Shown here: positions 59,017-64,000 of the stretch, piece by piece
How the letters are laid out: the number at the start of each line of letters is the position of its first letter
Numbering within the stretch: position 1 is the first letter of the stretch
Origin: an uncultured virus (IMG/VR IMGVR_UViG_3300022851_000011)
Lineage: Duplodnaviria; Heunggongvirae; Uroviricota; Caudoviricetes
Reading direction: 5' to 3' (one strand)
Virus record (IMG/VR): IMGVR_UViG_3300022851_000011
Coordinates: 1 to 64,000 of that record
DNA: 64,000 bases
Translations under genes and position numbers: made by a program
The notes under the pieces: generated by a model
What the model was told of the DNA's origin: nothing
Database searches by the model: none
Seen by the model: only the letters and a program-made list of their open reading frames with translations

Positions 59017-59248
59017 TCACTTAACTCATACATGAACTTTAACTATCATATGCATCTTTGTATTTTGGATCATTCTTTAATCCGATAAACATCTTCCAAA
59101 GCATTTTCAACTCGTCGGGTGGATATGCAACTGGATCAAGATTACCTGTCCTGCCTTGTCTATTCTTGTCAACGGATACCCTAGATACCCCGTCTTCTTC
59201 ATAAATGGATACAATGAATTTAGCACGATATGCTGATGATAGTGACAT
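59013..59248 (-). CDS. paralog of 58702-59016; one-base deletion near 59044
   Basis: VDKNRQGRTG...DPKYKDAYD; adding one A gives KLKFMYELSE*, matching the paralog's KLKFIYELSE*. Confidence 0.55.
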
Positions 59249-59249
59249 T

Positions 59250-59798
59250 TTAGTAACGATCCATTTCAACCCAACGGTTTGGGCGTAGTTGACACATAAT
59301 GACAGTCCATTGATATAGGTCACGACCTTCTACTACGGTTTCAAAATAGCGGTCGCACGTTTTTCCTTGGTATACAAATCTATTGCCACTGATTTTAGAT
59401 AAGCCTTCTAAACCAGTTAAATCCTTTTCTTTATTTGAATCATCACAAACAAGTTCAGCCTTGCTACGGATTTGTTGTGGATATAACTCTTCAAGCATTA
59501 ACTTTTTACCAGTTTCATATGCCACTGCACACGCTTTGCCTTCATCTTTATGGAATACATAAGACCCAAGACCCTGATGCCAGTTGCCATCGACTTGTGC
59601 CTCGAATGAAACCATACACTTCTGCTTGTTTTCACGCCACGGAACAACGTTCTTTGTAATGTTACGAACGCTTTCAATAGTGCCTAGTTGCTTTGCATTA
59701 GTGGTTTCTTTTAAGACGCACTCGGCAGCTACAGGTGTAGCAAACAAGACACTTGCAAGAATACTATACTTTAAGATTTTCGCCATTGGGAATATCAT
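59250..59798 (-). CDS. exported Cys-rich hypothetical protein
   Basis: Signal peptide ending PVAA; multiple Cys. Confidence 0.6.
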   Translation of the reverse strand: MIFPMAKILKYSILASVLFATPVAAECVLKETTNAKQLGTIESVRNITKNVVPWRENKQKCMVSFEAQVDGNWHQGLGSYVFHKDEGKACAVAYETGKKLMLEELYPQQIRSKAELVCDDSNKEKDLTGLEGLSKISGNRFVYQGKTCDRYFETVVEGRDLYQWTVIMCQLRPNRWVEMDRY

Positions 59799-59844
59799 CC
59801 GTAAAATTGGTCCAAATTTGTGACTTCAACTCGCCTCTTTGATG

Positions 59845-60129
59845 TCATAGTTCAGTCTCTTTAAATAACTGATTGGTTAGGCGTCCGCTTTCACGTTCAA
59901 CAAAATGTTCAAACTTAGCGATAGCAATAGTCGCCGCAATCTTTAACTGATCGTCGGTTGCTTGAAACGTATCATCATCCATGCCCAAATCATCGGCAGG
60001 AATAGCGAATGAAACCGTGCTGTCGCCTACTGGAAATTGAAAAGTGAATTCAAACTTCGGCATAGGGTGATACGCATAATTAATTAGCGGTAATAGTTCA
60101 CTAAGGTAGTCTACATTTTTATCACTCAT
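59845..60129 (-). CDS. hypothetical protein
   Basis: AAGGA RBS. Confidence 0.6.
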   Translation of the reverse strand: MSDKNVDYLSELLPLINYAYHPMPKFEFTFQFPVGDSTVSFAIPADDLGMDDDTFQATDDQLKIAATIAIAKFEHFVERESGRLTNQLFKETEL

Positions 60130-60148
60130 GGTGTGTTTCCTTTAAAAG

Positions 60149-60460
60149 TTACGGGCATTGGGTTCTTAAATCCCAAATCAAATTTTTAGCAATCTTATCA
60201 TATTCACGATCAGCGAGTGCCTTCTGTTGTGTATAGGTGCCGTTGATAGCCCCCATCAATCCACTAAGCATTCCACGTGTATGGTAGGTTGCAGATAAAC
60301 GATCCCATTCGGTTGACATTTGCGTTTCAAGAAACTTGATTTGCGCTTCTTTATTTGCACAATCAATCTTCATATAACGAAGGTCATAAATATCCATACG
60401 ATGGGTAGAAGAACATCCCGCAAGGGTTGCTACTACTAGCAATGCTGCTGCGATCTTCAT
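60149..60460 (-). CDS. lipoprotein
   Basis: MKIAAALLVVATLAGC lipobox. Confidence 0.7.
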   Translation of the reverse strand: MKIAAALLVVATLAGCSSTHRMDIYDLRYMKIDCANKEAQIKFLETQMSTEWDRLSATYHTRGMLSGLMGAINGTYTQQKALADREYDKIAKNLIWDLRTQCP

Positions 60461-60577
60461 GATAGCAACATAAATACAAGTGGCACGACAATCAGTAAAA
60501 TGCCGCAAATGTTTTCGATGCGTTCGTCTTTTTTCATTTCTTCCTCGTCAGATTCTGGTTCAGTTACATTATCATCA

Positions 60578-60814
60578 TTATACATTATCGTCGTCTGTTG
60601 TCAATCGTTTTCTTTCTAGAATATCCGCAAATATTTTTTTTGGGTCTGTTTTTTCTTCTTTTTCTTTTTGCTTACGCTCTTTATATTTAATAGCCGACAC
60701 TTCTCGCATACAGGACTTACACCAAGATTGGTAATATCCAGTGGCTTTAATAAAGAAGAATTCGGTGGCTATTTCCTGTTCGATTTCACATCTAGGGCAT
60801 TTTTTTTGATCCAT
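60578..60814 (-). CDS. small zinc-finger protein
   Basis: CPRC...CKSC. Confidence 0.6.
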   Translation of the reverse strand: MDQKKCPRCEIEQEIATEFFFIKATGYYQSWCKSCMREVSAIKYKERKQKEKEEKTDPKKIFADILERKRLTTDDDNV

Positions 60815-61392
60815 TAGAACTCTATTTCAATTTCACTAATAGCTGCATAGTTTGCTTTCTTCTTTTTTGATATACTATTAAGTAATGTCCAACTTGATGC
60901 TATACCATCTGACCGCAACTTATCACTTTTCTGTGTGAACTGTGAGTTTGATGGATCAAGAAAAGCCAAAATATCTGCTTCAGTATTATCGGGATATGAA
61001 TCAATCCATTTTTTGCAGTTGAATGCAAACTCACGCTTGGTTTGCGACCACCAACTATGATAAACACTTTCACAAGATTCAGTATACTTACTGCCGACCA
61101 AATGATTGTTGGCAGCGTCATCAAACAATGCTTCCTTCATCAATGGTGTAGGACGGATAAACCAACGGTAATCAGATACCAATGCCACAAATGTGCGATG
61201 CGTGAACATACGTGTTTTTGTTAATACATAAAGATGTTCTACACCTTTGACATCCAAGGTGACCATAGTAGGTTGCTCGGATAGTGATGCCCACATCGAT
61301 TCCTTTTTCCACATTGAATCGATTGGCACAAAGCTACTCGAATCGTTATCTGAATCTGAATCTGGTAGTGATACATTAATATTAAATGCCAT
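60814..61392 (-). CDS. hypothetical protein
   Basis: 192-aa ORF in operon. Confidence 0.55.
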   Translation of the reverse strand: MAFNINVSLPDSDSDNDSSSFVPIDSMWKKESMWASLSEQPTMVTLDVKGVEHLYVLTKTRMFTHRTFVALVSDYRWFIRPTPLMKEALFDDAANNHLVGSKYTESCESVYHSWWSQTKREFAFNCKKWIDSYPDNTEADILAFLDPSNSQFTQKSDKLRSDGIASSWTLLNSISKKKKANYAAISEIEIEF

Positions 61393-61394
61393 AA

Positions 61395-61946
61395 TTAATA
61401 CCCCGGATCATTGCGAAAATCATATTGTAAATCAGAATCTGCGGAAAGCTTTGTAAGTGTTTCCTGTTTAATCTTGTAGCCGTATGCATAATATTTCACA
61501 AGGCGTTTCAGAATCGATTTCGGACGGTAGCTCACAATGTCAATGTCGTCTTCGTTCCAATCAGGATTGCCCCACGCCGAATAGCCATCTGAAATAAGTT
61601 GGGCTTGTGCGAAATCAAAGTCATTAACTACATCAAGTGGATTTTGAAACCACTGCTTCTTGATAAGTTGGACATCAATATCATCCGCACGGTATGTGAC
61701 TGCGTTCTCGGAATCAAAGGCTACGCTGAACCCAGCGTCGGTTAGTCGATCCGCAATGATTTTTGATTGCTCTTGACTAGAACAATATACATCAAAATCC
61801 GACTTAACTGTTCTGCATTGTAGTAGTTGCCTAATGGCACCGCCCGCTACCCACGGACCTTTTTCAAAGTCTGGTCTAACATAATAGAATACGTGGGCTT
61901 GTTGGGGGGATACAGTGATCCCCCCAAGATGTGTTAACTCTTTCAT
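61395..61946 (-). CDS. minimal nucleotidyltransferase (CCA/poly(A) polymerase head-like)
   Basis: WVAGGAIR...SDFDVY...VQLI...FDF...RLVKY...GY. Confidence 0.7.
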   Translation of the reverse strand: MKELTHLGGITVSPQQAHVFYYVRPDFEKGPWVAGGAIRQLLQCRTVKSDFDVYCSSQEQSKIIADRLTDAGFSVAFDSENAVTYRADDIDVQLIKKQWFQNPLDVVNDFDFAQAQLISDGYSAWGNPDWNEDDIDIVSYRPKSILKRLVKYYAYGYKIKQETLTKLSADSDLQYDFRNDPGY

Positions 61947-62186
61947 AGTGGTGATGTGCCAGTCAATAAACGGTTCACTGCGGCTTCTGCTTGATAGTCT
62001 TCGGTGTTGTCAACATTGTTTCTAACAAACCGAACAGCAGCATCGTGGTCTAGTTGAAGTCCGAAGATAGCCTCGTCGGCAGCGTCGTGTAGTTCTTTTT
62101 CAAAAGCATCCATACTATTTCTCCTATAAAGGTTGGTTTAACTCAATGAACTATTATACTACATTAGGAAGGGTTAGTCAACATTA

Positions 62187-62600
62187 TTATGATTGTCTTA
62201 GTGTAAGATTTACAGCAAAAAGGTCACGTTGTTTTTTCAATCGAATGATAAAACCTTGTCTGCCGCCATCAAGCATCGGATATTGCCATTTTCTAATACC
62301 AATCTTATTCTTCTTACATTTTTCAAGGAGTTCTATAAACTTGTCACCTTGTCTGCCGCCAATCCTCGCATATTGCCAGTTTTTAATACCAATCTTATTC
62401 TTCTTACAGTATTCAAGGATTTCTATAAACTCGTCATAATCTGCCGTTATGATGTTAGGCTCCCAGTCATTAACTATCGTTCGCTGATCCACCCCCAACC
62501 ACCAGCTGGGAACATCACGCTTGTTTTGTTTATCGGGATCATACGAAGATTCCCACGCTTTTGATTTTTTACTCACGGACACATTCCTCTGTTCCATTAA
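62187..62600 (-). CDS. hypothetical protein with internal repeat
   Basis: FIE(I/L)LE.CKKNKIGI..WQY....GGRQG occurs twice; start uncertain. Confidence 0.5.
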   Translation of the reverse strand, partial: LMEQRNVSVSKKSKAWESSYDPDKQNKRDVPSWWLGVDQRTIVNDWEPNIITADYDEFIEILEYCKKNKIGIKNWQYARIGGRQGDKFIELLEKCKKNKIGIRKWQYPMLDGGRQGFIIRLKKQRDLFAVNLTLRQS

Positions 62601-62940
62601 CCAAATCATAACAAATCTTTTCAGTGACACATACGCCACCATCACAAATGCTGTAGATGCGCTTGTTGCCTGTTCGTGCTGGTGGTGGCGGTGCCTCACG
62701 TACGCTGCGGTCACCATGAATATCAAGTTCAAGGCATTCATAACTGTATGCCGTTTCGCAACGTTTACGGAATTGCCACATCTGAAAGTCCCTACCCTTT
62801 TGACCAGTCTTGCCAGCCCACGATTTTGGTTGGTTTTCTTCCCACTGAAGTTGTCGCTCGTAACTTGATAACTCACGCACACAACCCGTTAAAACGATTG
62901 CAGCCATTGTAATGGTTACAACAATAGTTTTCATTTCCAA
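62569..62940 (-). CDS. Cys-rich lipoprotein
   Basis: Lipobox LTGC. Confidence 0.6.
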   Translation of the reverse strand: MEMKTIVVTITMAAIVLTGCVRELSSYERQLQWEENQPKSWAGKTGQKGRDFQMWQFRKRCETAYSYECLELDIHGDRSVREAPPPPARTGNKRIYSICDGGVCVTEKICYDLVNGTEECVRE

Positions 62941-63284
62941 TACTCCACTTTTTTATAGTCAGCCGATAGGTCAAAGAACATTCGGGATTTTTCGTCATCT
63001 ATTACGAAATCAATATCATCGATTTGAACATCAGCACATTCTGTTAGATATGCAACCAGTATTTTTTCAAACCCGTCCATATTAGAAATCGTTACACGAC
63101 GATTATATACTTCGGCTTTGTCAACCCCAAACATTTCTATGTCTGCGGTCGATGCGTAGCGAAAAATGAACTCCAAATCTTCACGAACGTGCTGTATTCT
63201 TTCTTCACGATCCGATGCGACATACTCATAGTAATCCAACCGGAATATATTTGAGTCTGATAAATATCGTAGTTCGCCGTTCAT
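62931..63284 (-). CDS. hypothetical protein
   Basis: Coupled to the upstream gene. Confidence 0.55.
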   Translation of the reverse strand: MNGELRYLSDSNIFRLDYYEYVASDREERIQHVREDLEFIFRYASTADIEMFGVDKAEVYNRRVTISNMDGFEKILVAYLTECADVQIDDIDFVIDDEKSRMFFDLSADYKKVEYWK

Positions 63285-63982
63285 ATCTCTACTGTCAAAT
63301 CCTCGTCAAAGTTAGGATTAAGTTCGCTCCCTTTGTAACCTCTCGGATTACATACCACACGTGTGTCGCCGACCATATAATCAAATGAATCGTGAACGTG
63401 ACCGTGGCAGAATAATGCCGGTTTCGTGTCCAATATAAGGTCAGACAAATCACTGGCATAACATCCAGACAACTTATCGCCTCGGAATCTTGCGTGAATA
63501 CTCTTATACGTTGGTGCGTGATGCGTTACAACCACGTCGCCTTCCTTAACGTTATCAGCAAGGAACATCTTTGACACGTTATGTCTGGTGTGAATACCCT
63601 GTGGTTTAATAATCGAATACTTCTCGTCACGGATTTGCCTGTAATCATTCATCGACGATTGTGCAGCGTGATACGTAAGTGGATCGCCTTTATTAAAATC
63701 AGACCACAATGTGCAGCCGTGGAAATTTACACCATCCAGCATCACTGAACTATCATCAAGGACATGCACATTACTTGGTAGACTTTCGACAGTATGACGT
63801 TTCACGCTATCAAAGTTACTCTTATAAAACTCATGATTGCCGTATACATAGACAACGTGCGGAAAATGTTTAGACATTTCCACAATCCATTGCACACGGC
63901 TTTTAGTAGTGATATCCCCCGCCAGAACAAGCACATCTGCCCCATTCCAGTTTGGGTTGTAAAGTGCGTCACAAAACTCCAT
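63281..63982 (-). CDS. calcineurin-like metallophosphoesterase (start may lie beyond the window)
   Basis: LAGDI, GNHEFY, THHAP, HGHVH, NPRGY. Confidence 0.88.
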   Translation of the reverse strand: MEFCDALYNPNWNGADVLVLAGDITTKSRVQWIVEMSKHFPHVVYVYGNHEFYKSNFDSVKRHTVESLPSNVHVLDDSSVMLDGVNFHGCTLWSDFNKGDPLTYHAAQSSMNDYRQIRDEKYSIIKPQGIHTRHNVSKMFLADNVKEGDVVVTHHAPTYKSIHARFRGDKLSGCYASDLSDLILDTKPALFCHGHVHDSFDYMVGDTRVVCNPRGYKGSELNPNFDEDLTVEI

Positions 63983-64000
63983 TGGAGTATTGTCAAATTC

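Noticed and set aside
1..64000. Bacterial chromosome origin, suggested by clpA, clpP, infA, cca, tctA and flagellin
   Set aside because: These genes are interleaved with T4-like PolB, clamp loader, baseplate and lysis genes and late-promoter motifs, with no bacterial operon context.
1..64000. CRISPR array, tRNA or rRNA genes
   Set aside because: No regularly spaced multi-copy repeats; all repeats seen are two-copy. No cloverleaf or rRNA sequence was recognised by eye (tRNAscan not run).
1..64000. Stop-codon reassignment as the explanation for fragmented genes
   Set aside because: Conserved genes are full length in the standard code and end at TAA, TAG or TGA as expected; the breaks are explained by an intron, an intein, indels or a duplication.

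Overview
64 kb segment of a large (jumbo-type) T4-like myovirus genome, read in the standard genetic code, with dense and mostly minus-strand genes. The host is probably a Gram-negative alphaproteobacterium, inferred from the spanin pair and the flagellin type. Replication genes: probable sliding clamp, clamp loader and family B DNA polymerase. Nucleotide metabolism: thyA, DHFR, MazG-like pyrophosphatase, 5'-nucleotidase. Proteostasis: ClpP, ClpA, DnaJ, GroES, HtrA. Also present: a lysis cassette, baseplate genes, PhoH, IF-1, an IscA-type protein, a CCA-adding enzyme, TctA/TctC and a restriction-modification pair. Main findings: (1) the DNA polymerase is interrupted three different ways, by an intein-free split in the fingers, a 246-nt group I intron inside motif B, and a naturally split intein at YGDTD/S with a Vsr-like endonuclease remnant between the halves; (2) a phage-encoded flagellin with its own promoter, a structured leader and a terminator; (3) thyA carries an in-frame HNH-like endonuclease insertion of about 280 aa with no intein or intron signature; (4) a set of probable late proteins with M-R/K-hydrophobic-x-E/D leaders and Glu-delimited linkers, suggesting protease-processed, capsid-packaged cargo and polyproteins; (5) five short direct duplications at promoters, gene starts or inside genes, one of which frameshifts a metallopeptidase gene. 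All protein family calls come from motif recognition by eye; no database searches were run.
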